From Gammaproteobacteria bacterium (GTDB lineage Bacteria > Pseudomonadota > Gammaproteobacteria > Magnimaribacterales > D2472): a stretch of DNA of 50,669 nucleotides. Below are positions 1 to 8,772 of the stretch, in pieces. Position numbers and translations under genes: made by a program. The DNA lies in the NCBI GenBank assembly GCA_045564035.1, contig JBJLIA010000039.1, positions 1 to 50,669 on the forward strand, in the 5' to 3' direction. A model generated the notes under the pieces. That model saw only the letters and a list, made by a program, of their open reading frames with translations. It ran no database searches and was not told where the DNA came from. The first letter of the stretch is position 1. Each line of letters starts with the position of its first letter.

Positions 1-535
1 GAAAACCCCCAGAGAGAATCAGCTCCTCAATATTTCTATTTAAATTGCAGCCACCAGCAATTTTTTTCCAGATCGGTGTGATGCGATGTTGCCATTTTTG
101 GATATTAGGTTCAGGCGCAAGACCATGCTCCATAAAATATAATGACCCATCTGATTTAAGTAGCCTATGAGCCTCTGCTAAAGCTTTCATGGGGTCGGGG
201 ATGGTGCAGAGACTGTATCCAATTACAACGCTATCAAATGAAGAAGATTCAAGCTCTATGGACTCAGCACTTGCCTCTATAAAAGAGATTTTAGAGTGAA
301 AATTTGGAGCTCTAGATTTCGCAATGGCCACTGAGCTAACAGCAGGATCGACACCAATGACTTCAGTTACCCTATCAAAATCATAAAAGTCAAAGTTAAG
401 TCCTGATCCAATTCCAATTTCCAATACTCTACCAGAGACCCTTGGAATAATCTGCGCCCTTTTTTTTTGAAACCCCTCCATACCACAACAACAATCTAAT
501 AATTTTGGTAAAAAATATTCCTCATATAAACTCAT
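1..535 (-). CDS. Class I SAM-dependent methyltransferase (3' end runs off window)
   Basis: Manual translation from ATG 535: MSLYEEYFLPKLLDCCCGMEGFQKKRAQIIPRVSGRVLEIGIGSGLN...VIGVDP...FDSVVIGYSLCTIPDP...FMEHG; motif I VLEIGIGSG; ATGA overlap with upstream SDR stop. Confidence 0.85.
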   Translation of the reverse strand, partial: MSLYEEYFLPKLLDCCCGMEGFQKKRAQIIPRVSGRVLEIGIGSGLNFDFYDFDRVTEVIGVDPAVSSVAIAKSRAPNFHSKISFIEASAESIELESSSFDSVVIGYSLCTIPDPMKALAEAHRLLKSDGSLYFMEHGLAPEPNIQKWQHRITPIWKKIAGGCNLNRNIEELILSGGF

Positions 536-1335
536 GGCTGGCCGAGATCATGTCCAGCTGTTCCTACCAAACCTCCATCCGAAGGAATAACTGCACCAAC
601 CGTATATGCGCCAGCTCTAGAACATAAGAAAATAACTAATCCTGCCATATCTTCCGGAGAGCCAATTCTTTTTCTTGGATTTCTAGATTCTATGAATGAG
701 TAATCATGATTGACCGCGGCTCCAAGCATCATGGATTCATATGGACCAGGAGCAATTGCATTCACAAGAATGTTTTCTCCTACCAGTCTCTTGGCTTGAA
801 CTCTAGTCAAATGATGAACGGCTGCTTTTGAAGTTCCATAAGCATAGCTCTCTAAAGCGGGTACATTCAAACCATCAATTGATCCAATATTTATTACTCT
901 AGCAGGATCGTCAATGGTGGTTTGCTTGGCAAGCAAAGGCGTAAGTTTTTGTGTTAAGTAAAAAATACTTTTCACATTTAGGTCCATCACTTTATCCCAT
1001 CCTTTTTCTGAATATTCTGCATAAGGTTCTCCCCATGAGGCACCTGCATTATTGATCAAAAAATCAATTTGATCTTCCTTTGAGTGAATAAAATCTACAA
1101 ATTCATTCATCCCTTCCATAGTGCTTAAATCACAGGGCACAGGAATGCACTCACCCTCATACATATCTGATAATTCTTTAGCCTTTTCAATTAAGGCAGC
1201 CTCTTTTCTGGCAGTAATATATACCTTCACCCCATTAGCCAAAAAGCCTGCAGCAATCATCTCACCTATTCCTCTTGAGCCCCCGGTAACAATTGCTACT
1301 TTGCCATTAACATTAAAAAGTTCTGTGATTTTCAT
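532..1335 (-). CDS. Short-chain dehydrogenase/reductase
   Basis: TGGSRGIG, NNAG, YGTSK catalytic motif, VNAIAPG. Confidence 0.9.
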   Translation of the reverse strand: MKITELFNVNGKVAIVTGGSRGIGEMIAAGFLANGVKVYITARKEAALIEKAKELSDMYEGECIPVPCDLSTMEGMNEFVDFIHSKEDQIDFLINNAGASWGEPYAEYSEKGWDKVMDLNVKSIFYLTQKLTPLLAKQTTIDDPARVINIGSIDGLNVPALESYAYGTSKAAVHHLTRVQAKRLVGENILVNAIAPGPYESMMLGAAVNHDYSFIESRNPRKRIGSPEDMAGLVIFLCSRAGAYTVGAVIPSDGGLVGTAGHDLGQP

Positions 1336-1417
1336 ATTTGTCCTTACCTAATTTAATAATGACTATGTTGTCTTGAAATCATTATGAATTCAATACCATT
1401 GGCTTTAGAATACTCTC

Positions 1418-2359
1418 ATGGAGTTAATTATAAATATAATTCTGCTGTTAGCTGGAATTATCATTCTTGTTTGGGGAGCGAATAAGTTTGTTGACCATGC
1501 ATCGGTCATAGCAAAACATTTAGGCGTTGGAGAGCTTGTAATTGGGCTAACGCTGATTGCTGCTGGAACCTCTGCACCCGAAGTATTTGTTGGAATATCT
1601 GCAGTTTTAAATGGCAATGAAGACATTGCTCTTGGCACAGCGATTGGATCAAATATTTCAAATATTGCTCTAATTTTTGGCGTCTCATGCCTCTACCTTA
1701 ATACATCCTCAAAAACTGATTTATGGAATTTAATGCCCTTTGGTTTAGTCGTCCTGTTGCTTGGATTAACTTTGATAGATGGGATGATCTCCATTAATGA
1801 AAGCATGGGTTTTGTTGGTTTATTTATTTTGTTTATGTTTGTCTTGTTAAAAACAGATGGTGTGCCTGATGAAGAAAACTCAGAGATCTCTGAATTTACA
1901 AAAAGTTTATTTTTATCAATGGTTGGACTTATTGGTTTAATAGCAGGTGCCAATATCTCAATTATTTATGCTGAGAGTTCAGCTTTATTGTTAGGCATCT
2001 CAGAACTTGTTATAGGTCTTACTATTATTGCTCTGGGAACTAGCTTGCCTGAGTTAGCAGCGACGGTTGCAGCCCTCAAAAAGGGCAGGCATCAAATGGT
2101 TGTTGGTAATATTATCGGATCTAACGTTCTTAACTTAGTATTTGTCATTCCAATTATTGGATTTTTTGGATCTGTCCAGCTTAGTCCAGTGGTGTTACAA
2201 AGAGACTTTAGCATCCTCTCGATCTTAAGCTTAGCTTTTATTTTATTGGCTGTTTCGTTGACTAAACTAAAATTTAGAAGAGGCTTGTATATGACAGCAG
2301 GTGTAATTTTAATCAGTAGTTATGTTCTCTACATTGCCACTCTTTCTGGGGTTATATAA
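1418..2359 (+). CDS. Calcium/sodium antiporter (YrbG-like)
   Basis: Two alpha repeats GTSAPE...GSNISN and GTSLPE...GSNVLN; multiple TM helices. Confidence 0.9.
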   Translation: MELIINIILLLAGIIILVWGANKFVDHASVIAKHLGVGELVIGLTLIAAGTSAPEVFVGISAVLNGNEDIALGTAIGSNISNIALIFGVSCLYLNTSSKTDLWNLMPFGLVVLLLGLTLIDGMISINESMGFVGLFILFMFVLLKTDGVPDEENSEISEFTKSLFLSMVGLIGLIAGANISIIYAESSALLLGISELVIGLTIIALGTSLPELAATVAALKKGRHQMVVGNIIGSNVLNLVFVIPIIGFFGSVQLSPVVLQRDFSILSILSLAFILLAVSLTKLKFRRGLYMTAGVILISSYVLYIATLSGVI

Positions 2360-2770
2360 AAATTTCATATATAAGAAAAAAGATAGCGACAAAACAAAAG
2401 TAACCACCTCGAAAACAAAAAAAGTATTATAAAAAGTAGGTGTGCTGGGTATTAATGCAAAAAGATATCTGCCCAGTGCAATACTAAAGGTTAAGAATGC
2501 AAGCAGAGATAAAACATATGTTGCAACGCCTCTACTAAAAAGGCCAAGCAAGCACAACAACCCAACAATCATATTGATACCACCATACAAACCAGCTACT
2601 TCCGAGTATCCTATCTCTCCTGAAACCTTTAAACCAATTGCATCCATAAATGAAGGAATCTCATAACTAAGTTCAAGAGCATCTTTAACTGGATCAATGA
2701 TTGCCCATGCACCTATACCAAAATATAAAACTGCGTAAGCAAGTAAAAATAATCTAATTATCCAAATCAT
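2309..2770 (-). CDS. Membrane protein, DUF4345-like
   Basis: About 4 TM segments, SEVAGLYGG and ALGR motifs. Confidence 0.55.
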   Translation of the reverse strand: MIWIIRLFLLAYAVLYFGIGAWAIIDPVKDALELSYEIPSFMDAIGLKVSGEIGYSEVAGLYGGINMIVGLLCLLGLFSRGVATYVLSLLAFLTFSIALGRYLFALIPSTPTFYNTFFVFEVVTFVLSLSFFLYMKFLYNPRKSGNVENITTD

Positions 2771-2778
2771 AAGAAGCC

Positions 2779-3174
2779 CTATAAAATTTCGTTTTTTCTT
2801 TTGTTGTGACCCTGTCTAGCTACAAAGCTTATAAATAAAGTAATAATTAACATTCTAACAGTTTCTGTAGTTAGCGGAAGAAACGTTAAAAAGGCTATGA
2901 TCTGAGTTATTACAAATGACAAACTAATAACATATATAGGCCATAGAGGCGAAGTAGGATTTTTGCCTAATAAATATCTAAAAATGAAATAAACCAATGT
3001 AAGATAAAAAGCAGGAAGTAAAACTCTTGCCCTGTATTCATTCATTTCCTCTAGACTAAAGCCATTAGCAAGAAAAGCTATTGGAAATTGATCATAAAAA
3101 AATAAAGCAATTATTGCTCTTATTCCTGCATACAGACCTGCTGTTATCAAAGAATATTTAATTAACTTATCCAT
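2779..3174 (-). CDS. Hypothetical membrane protein
   Basis: ORF with about 4 hydrophobic segments; ATG at 3174 preferred over GTG at 3192. Confidence 0.6.
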   Translation of the reverse strand: MDKLIKYSLITAGLYAGIRAIIALFFYDQFPIAFLANGFSLEEMNEYRARVLLPAFYLTLVYFIFRYLLGKNPTSPLWPIYVISLSFVITQIIAFLTFLPLTTETVRMLIITLFISFVARQGHNKRKNEIL

Positions 3175-3269
3175 CGATTTTCTAGGATACACGTTAATTA
3201 TTGAAATTTTAAATATTTACAAAGCTTATATAGGAATATGAATAATATTTTTGTTTTAACTCTGGTTAA

Positions 3270-4043
3270 TTAATAGCGGAAATGTTTAATCTTATCTCTG
3301 CTATTTTTTAAGTCTGTCATGGCATTAATGCCAATGTCTAAATGTTGCTTCGCCCATTTAGAGGTAACAGCTTTGTCTGATTCTTCAGTTTTAACTCCAT
3401 CTGGTGTTACTGGGACATCAGAAACTAAAAGCAAGGCTCCTCTGGGTATTTCATTGTAATGACCAACAATAAATATTGTAGCGACCTCCATATCAATGCC
3501 GATGGCTGTGCTTTTTTTGAGTTTTTTTAAGAATGTTTTGTCATGCTCCCAGACCCTCCTATTGGTGGTATAGATGACTCCTGTTCGATAGTCAGTTCCA
3601 GCGTCTAATATTTTGTCAGAAACAAATTTATGCAACTTAAAAGAAGGCAAGGCTGGAACTTCTGGCGGAAAGTAATCATTAGAGGTTCCGTCGCCTCTGA
3701 TTGCTGCAATCGGCAAAATTAAATTTCCAATTTCTGATGAATCCTTTAGGCCACCGCATTTACCCAGGAATAGTACCCCTTTGGGATTCCTAGCAACCAG
3801 TAAGTCCATTATGGTTGCAGCATTAGGTGAGCCTATCCCAAAATTAATAATGCTTAAACCTAGATCATTGGTACATGACGACATGGGTCTATTTTCACCT
3901 TGAATGTCTGAATTGAATCTATTGGCAAATTCTTCTACGTAATCCTGAAAATTAGTAAGTAAAATGTAATCTCCAAAATTATCTACAGACATTCCTGTAT
4001 ACCTTGGAAGCCAGTCTTTAGCTATATCGTATTTATTGTCCAT
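3270..4043 (-). CDS. amn: AMP nucleosidase, short type (PNP/UDP phosphorylase fold)
   Basis: WLPRYTG, ILLTNF, NFGIGSPNAA, LGKCGG, TTNRRVWE, IDME, LLLVSD motifs. Confidence 0.85.
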   Translation of the reverse strand: MDNKYDIAKDWLPRYTGMSVDNFGDYILLTNFQDYVEEFANRFNSDIQGENRPMSSCTNDLGLSIINFGIGSPNAATIMDLLVARNPKGVLFLGKCGGLKDSSEIGNLILPIAAIRGDGTSNDYFPPEVPALPSFKLHKFVSDKILDAGTDYRTGVIYTTNRRVWEHDKTFLKKLKKSTAIGIDMEVATIFIVGHYNEIPRGALLLVSDVPVTPDGVKTEESDKAVTSKWAKQHLDIGINAMTDLKNSRDKIKHFRY

Positions 4044-4108
4044 GCTTCATTATAGACCAGGGAGCATAATCAGTGATATTGGTGAATTTTGAAGAGAATT
4101 TGAAAAAA

Positions 4109-5794
4109 TTAATGCATGTTCCAATCTTGGAGAATCATATCCGATGCTTTTTCTCCAATCATAATAGTGGGAGCATTAGTATTCCCGCCAACAAGCGTTG
4201 GCATAATCGATGCATCCACAACTCTAAGACCTTTCATGTTATGCACCTTCAGCCTACTATCAACTACTGACATTTCATCATCTCCCATTTTACAAGTACC
4301 GACAGGATGATACACAGTGTCTGCTTCTTCACGCATGGCTTGCTCGATGTCAGAATCATCATTAATATCTATTGGCCTCATTGTATGATCAGAAATATAT
4401 TTACTAAAAGGCTCAGTACCAAGAACTTTCATCATAATTTTATAACCATCAACCATGTCTTTCATATCATCGGGATGACTTAAAAATTTAGGATCAATTA
4501 AGGGATCAGCAAATGGATCTGCAGACTCAAGAGTAACTTCGCCCCTAGATTTTGGTCTTAATAAACAAGAATGGCAGCTCATTCCAGTTCCCCAGAGTAG
4601 CTTTCTGCCATGATCAATAACCATTGCAGGTGCATAATGAAATTGAATATTGGGTGCCTCTAAGTCATCTCTAGTTTTAAGAAAAGCACCAGCCTCAGCA
4701 ATTGTGGAGGTAAAAAGGCCTGTTTTTGTAATAAGGTATTTTAAGACCTCATAAGGATATTTAAGAAAAATTGTTTTTAAACTAAATCCTATTAATTTCA
4801 TTGAGTTGTACTTATGCACTGTGATGTAATCAATGTGATCTTGAAGGTTTTTTCCCACACCTGGAAGGTCCACCAAGTGATCAATCCCATGCTTGCTAAT
4901 TTCATTGGCTGGCCCCACTCCTGATCGCAACAATATTTGCGGAGAACCAAATGCTCCAGAGGCGAGAATAACTTCTTTGGAAGCATTTAATGTGAAGGAA
5001 TTTTTATCGTTGCCAATACATTCAACTCCTTTTGCATGATTGCCATCAATCAGAATTTTATTTACCTGAGTATCAGTCATTACTGTAAGGTTGTCTCTTT
5101 CAAGAGCTGGAACTAAATAGGCTTTAGCTGCGCTACACCTTTTGCCATTAATTTGAGTTGTTTGATAGTAACCAAAACCTTCTTGCTGCTCTCCATTAAA
5201 ATCATCAGTGTAGTTAAACAACTTTGACCCAGCCTCAACAAAAGATTTGCATGATTCAGGCTGATGACTAATATCACAAACATTTAGTGGACCATTTTGT
5301 CCATGATATTCATTATTATGAACCTCGTTGTGCTCTGCTTTTTTGAAATAGGGCAATATCTCATCATAGGACCATCCCTGGTTTCCTAACTCGGACCAGT
5401 GATCATAATCCCAACGATGGCCTCTCACATATAACATAGCATTGATTGAACTTGAGCCACCTAATGTTTTGCCTCTAGGTTGAAAACCTTTTCTGTGTTC
5501 TTGGCTCTCACTCACCATTTTATGAGTACCACCAGCAGAATCTACTACAACTGATTCTGGTTCAATTACTGTAACTTTTTCAAATTCTTTTTGCGGAACT
5601 GTATCAAAGGACCAACTATATTTGCTTTGTGTCATCCCGAAAGCAAAGCCTATGGGCACATGCAACCTTGGATCACTATCCTTTGAGCCAGCCTCTATCA
5701 AGCATACAGATGTATTTGGATCTTTACTGAGTCTGTTAGCTAAAACACATCCAGCTGAGCCAGCACCTAAAATTATAAAATCATAATTTTTCAT
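4109..5794 (-). CDS. GMC family oxidoreductase (choline/alcohol dehydrogenase-like)
   Basis: GAGSAGC FAD motif, RGKTLGGSSSINAM, GKNLQDH, YHPVGTCKMG, GGNTNAP. Confidence 0.93.
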   Translation of the reverse strand: MKNYDFIILGAGSAGCVLANRLSKDPNTSVCLIEAGSKDSDPRLHVPIGFAFGMTQSKYSWSFDTVPQKEFEKVTVIEPESVVVDSAGGTHKMVSESQEHRKGFQPRGKTLGGSSSINAMLYVRGHRWDYDHWSELGNQGWSYDEILPYFKKAEHNEVHNNEYHGQNGPLNVCDISHQPESCKSFVEAGSKLFNYTDDFNGEQQEGFGYYQTTQINGKRCSAAKAYLVPALERDNLTVMTDTQVNKILIDGNHAKGVECIGNDKNSFTLNASKEVILASGAFGSPQILLRSGVGPANEISKHGIDHLVDLPGVGKNLQDHIDYITVHKYNSMKLIGFSLKTIFLKYPYEVLKYLITKTGLFTSTIAEAGAFLKTRDDLEAPNIQFHYAPAMVIDHGRKLLWGTGMSCHSCLLRPKSRGEVTLESADPFADPLIDPKFLSHPDDMKDMVDGYKIMMKVLGTEPFSKYISDHTMRPIDINDDSDIEQAMREEADTVYHPVGTCKMGDDEMSVVDSRLKVHNMKGLRVVDASIMPTLVGGNTNAPTIMIGEKASDMILQDWNMH

Positions 5795-5821
5795 AAATTG
5801 AATCTAGTTTTTGTGTAATTA

Positions 5822-7897
5822 TTACTCAGCAGCACTTGCTATGCCAGTCAAAACTGCTTGATTTTTAATGTATGAATGAATTTGTTGAGTTTGCTCTACA
5901 TTTAAAACATCCTTAAATGATGCCATGCCACTCCCATGGATTCCACCTAAAACACTGCCCAGAAATGAAGCATGACCTTTAGCATCTAGCTTTCTTAAAT
6001 CAGGTAAAACTCCTCCACCAATGACACCTGCGCCATGACAAAATTGACAATGTTCATGATACTCATATTCACCTCGAGCAATGGTCAGGGCATCTGCGTT
6101 TAATTCAAAAAGAGTAGGATTTAATTGAGCGATTGTGGCAACTGGTTCTGCTAGCTGTGTGCCTCCAATTTCAAAAATCATCATTCTTCCATCTCGAGAT
6201 GGGTTTTCATTTGGTGACTCTAGCCCGCCGGTAAGCGCGTAAGCACCACCATAACCAACTTGCACTGCAATGTATTGCTTGCCTTCAATCTTGTATGTGA
6301 TCGGGGGCGCTACAATGCCTTGCCCGGTATCAACACTCCAGAGTAGATCACCAGAATCTGCTGAATAGGCTACAAACCTTCCATCTGATGTTCCTTGAAA
6401 AACTAAATTTCCATCTGTTGAAAGAACACCTCCACTCCATGGTCTTTTATACTGTGCTCGCCAAACTTCTTTTTGCTCTTTTGGATCCCAAGCAAGCAAA
6501 TAGCCAACTGTAGCTGCATCAACCATTGCCAGCTCATCAGGATCTTTTGGCAGATAACTCATTTCAATCTGATTTCCTAAATTCCAAGTGCCTGGATTGT
6601 ATTCAAATTCGTTATCTGTTGAGTAGATAAAGATTGTCTCTTGGGCTGGAATATACACCAAGCCGGTTTTAGGACTATACGACATTGGATGCCAATTGTG
6701 ACCACCTAAGGGTCCAGGTGTAGTTAACGCTGGTTGTGATTTATGATTAGTTTCTGAAATTTCAACTGGTCTTCCAGTTTTTGGATCTACATGAGAAGCC
6801 CAATTTGTTGGTACAAAATTATTTGCTGAAATAAACTCGCCCGATATTCTATCTATGACGTAAAAAAAACCATTTTTTGGAGCTTGCATGATGATCTTTC
6901 TTTGCTCTCCGTTAATCTCCATATCAGCAAGGATCATGTGTTGTGTGGCCGTATAATCCCAGCTGTCCCCTGGAGTTGTTTGGTAATGCCAAACATATTC
7001 TCCATCCTCAGGGTTTATTGCCACAATTGATGAAAGGTATAAATTGTCTCCACCACCAGGACTACGTACATACCTATTCCATGGTGAACCGTTCCCAGTC
7101 CCTATATATAAAAGGTTTAATTCTGGATCATAAGCCATGGAATCCCAAACAGTTCCACCTCCTCCAACCTCCCACCATTTACCACCAGACCATGTTTCAG
7201 CCGCTTTTGCTAAAGCCTCTGACTCAAAAGGTTCGTTAGGGTTTCCAGGAACAGTAAAAAATCTCCATAGCATGGAACCATCCTGAATATCATAAGCAGA
7301 AATATAACCTCTGACTCCGAGCTCACCGCCACCATTACCGATAATAATTTTCCCATCTATAATTCTTGGCGCACCGGTAATTGTGTATGGTTTAGATTTA
7401 TCAATTGTTAAGACATCCCAATTAACTCTTCCAGATAACTTATCAAGAGAAATTAAACGGCCATCAATGGTTGCAAAAACTAATGAGTTTTCCCAAACAG
7501 CAACCCCTCTATTAACAACATCGCAACAAGCATTTCTTGCCCAAGCTTTATCAGCCTTTGGATCAAATGACCAAATTTCTTTTCCTGTTTTAGCATCCAA
7601 TGCAAAAACTACACTCCATGGTGCAGTGATGAACATCATGCCATCAACCACGATAGGAGTTGTTTCATGACCTCTATTAGTTCCGGTCTCAAAAGACCAT
7701 GACAATCCTAACTCATGAACATTTGAATCATTGATATCTTTCAATGGGCTAAATCTAGATTCATCATAAGTTCTGCCATGCAAAAGCCATGATTCATTTT
7801 CACTATCTGCATTCAATACTCTATCTGCATAAGATTGGTGATCTGCGCATGAAAATATAAAAAGAAAAACTAGAGGTGGTAATAGTAAATTTTTCAT
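5822..7897 (-). CDS. PQQ-dependent quinohemoprotein alcohol dehydrogenase (type II) with C-terminal cytochrome c
   Basis: Lipoprotein-like signal (IFSC), vicinal ACCDVVNRG, WDYTATQ, Trp-docking propeller repeats, heme motif CQFCH. Confidence 0.92.
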   Translation of the reverse strand: MKNLLLPPLVFLFIFSCADHQSYADRVLNADSENESWLLHGRTYDESRFSPLKDINDSNVHELGLSWSFETGTNRGHETTPIVVDGMMFITAPWSVVFALDAKTGKEIWSFDPKADKAWARNACCDVVNRGVAVWENSLVFATIDGRLISLDKLSGRVNWDVLTIDKSKPYTITGAPRIIDGKIIIGNGGGELGVRGYISAYDIQDGSMLWRFFTVPGNPNEPFESEALAKAAETWSGGKWWEVGGGGTVWDSMAYDPELNLLYIGTGNGSPWNRYVRSPGGGDNLYLSSIVAINPEDGEYVWHYQTTPGDSWDYTATQHMILADMEINGEQRKIIMQAPKNGFFYVIDRISGEFISANNFVPTNWASHVDPKTGRPVEISETNHKSQPALTTPGPLGGHNWHPMSYSPKTGLVYIPAQETIFIYSTDNEFEYNPGTWNLGNQIEMSYLPKDPDELAMVDAATVGYLLAWDPKEQKEVWRAQYKRPWSGGVLSTDGNLVFQGTSDGRFVAYSADSGDLLWSVDTGQGIVAPPITYKIEGKQYIAVQVGYGGAYALTGGLESPNENPSRDGRMMIFEIGGTQLAEPVATIAQLNPTLFELNADALTIARGEYEYHEHCQFCHGAGVIGGGVLPDLRKLDAKGHASFLGSVLGGIHGSGMASFKDVLNVEQTQQIHSYIKNQAVLTGIASAAE

Positions 7898-7979
7898 AGA
7901 GCTAATATACCAAAGGTTTAAATGGAATGTTTAATAAAAATTAAGGGGGTTGATTCTATAAGCTTTTAACTATAATAGA

Positions 7980-8064
7980 TGGTAGGGATGGAGGGAGTCG
8001 AACCCCCACGCCTTTCGGCACTTGGTTCTAAGCCAAGCGTGTCTACCAGTTCCACCACATCCCC
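7980..8064 (-). tRNA. tRNA-Leu (TAG)
   Basis: Reverse complement GGGGATGTGGTGGAACTGGTAGACACG-CTTGG-CTTAGAA-CCAAG-TGCCGAAAGGCG-TGGGGGTTCGACTCCCTCCATCCCTACCA; long variable arm, encoded CCA. Confidence 0.95.
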
Positions 8065-8129
8065 AGAAAGAGAAAGAATTATATTACAGAATTAAGAAAT
8101 GTTAAGTGGTTTTATTTAATCTTAATAAG

Positions 8130-8516
8130 CTAAAAATAAGAAATTTCATTTTTTCTTTTTTTATGAACTAAAAGCAGAACAATCACTAAAAATACTTCTC
8201 CTGAAAAAACAAAAAGTCCAAACGTATTAAAGCCTTCATAAAAGAAACTTACTATTCGTCCAATAGCAATAAATCCCATTATATATGCAACGATTAGTGC
8301 TATAGATATAGGGTTATATGAAAATGCATATCGCATCAGCAAATATGCATATGCAATAAATGAGCCAGCAAATAAGGATCTGAACTCCGAGGCTGTCTCT
8401 GGGTTAGTTGCAACAACTGGAATAAAACCTAGGTTGCTCAAATCTGGTTTAAACATTACGTAGCAACCTATTACAAAGAGACATAGAGCTGAAAAAATTA
8501 TGCAAGCCTTCAACAT
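8130..8516 (-). CDS. Membrane protein, DUF4345-like
   Basis: About 4 TM segments, SEFRSLFAG and IGRIVSF motifs. Confidence 0.55.
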   Translation of the reverse strand: MLKACIIFSALCLFVIGCYVMFKPDLSNLGFIPVVATNPETASEFRSLFAGSFIAYAYLLMRYAFSYNPISIALIVAYIMGFIAIGRIVSFFYEGFNTFGLFVFSGEVFLVIVLLLVHKKRKNEISYF

Positions 8517-8519
8517 TAC

Positions 8520-8732
8520 CTAAAGCACTCCCAATACGAACAAGGCTAAGAAAAATGCAACCACGCCCATAGCTAACCAAAAATATAACTCCTTAGTATT
8601 GCCAAAGCGATATGCATTTATTGCAAGGCCCCAACAATACAATGGAGCCAAAGTAATGATAATAGAGCTAATTAATATTGCGATCGGTATAAAAGCTAAT
8701 ACTAAAAATAACTGTAGAGCTAATTTATTCAT
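8520..8732 (-). CDS. Small hypothetical membrane protein (70 aa)
   Basis: ATG preceded by AGGA; 2-3 TM segments; abuts next gene. Confidence 0.55.
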   Translation of the reverse strand: MNKLALQLFLVLAFIPIAILISSIIITLAPLYCWGLAINAYRFGNTKELYFWLAMGVVAFFLALFVLGVL

Positions 8733-8772
8733 ATCCTAATGGAACATATTTTTAAACGCTGTGTCAAATATC

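Noticed and set aside
6940-6970. Lanthanide-dependent PQQ dehydrogenase
   Set aside because: Motif is WDYTA, lacking the extra Asp (D-x-D) of XoxF/ExaF/PedH enzymes
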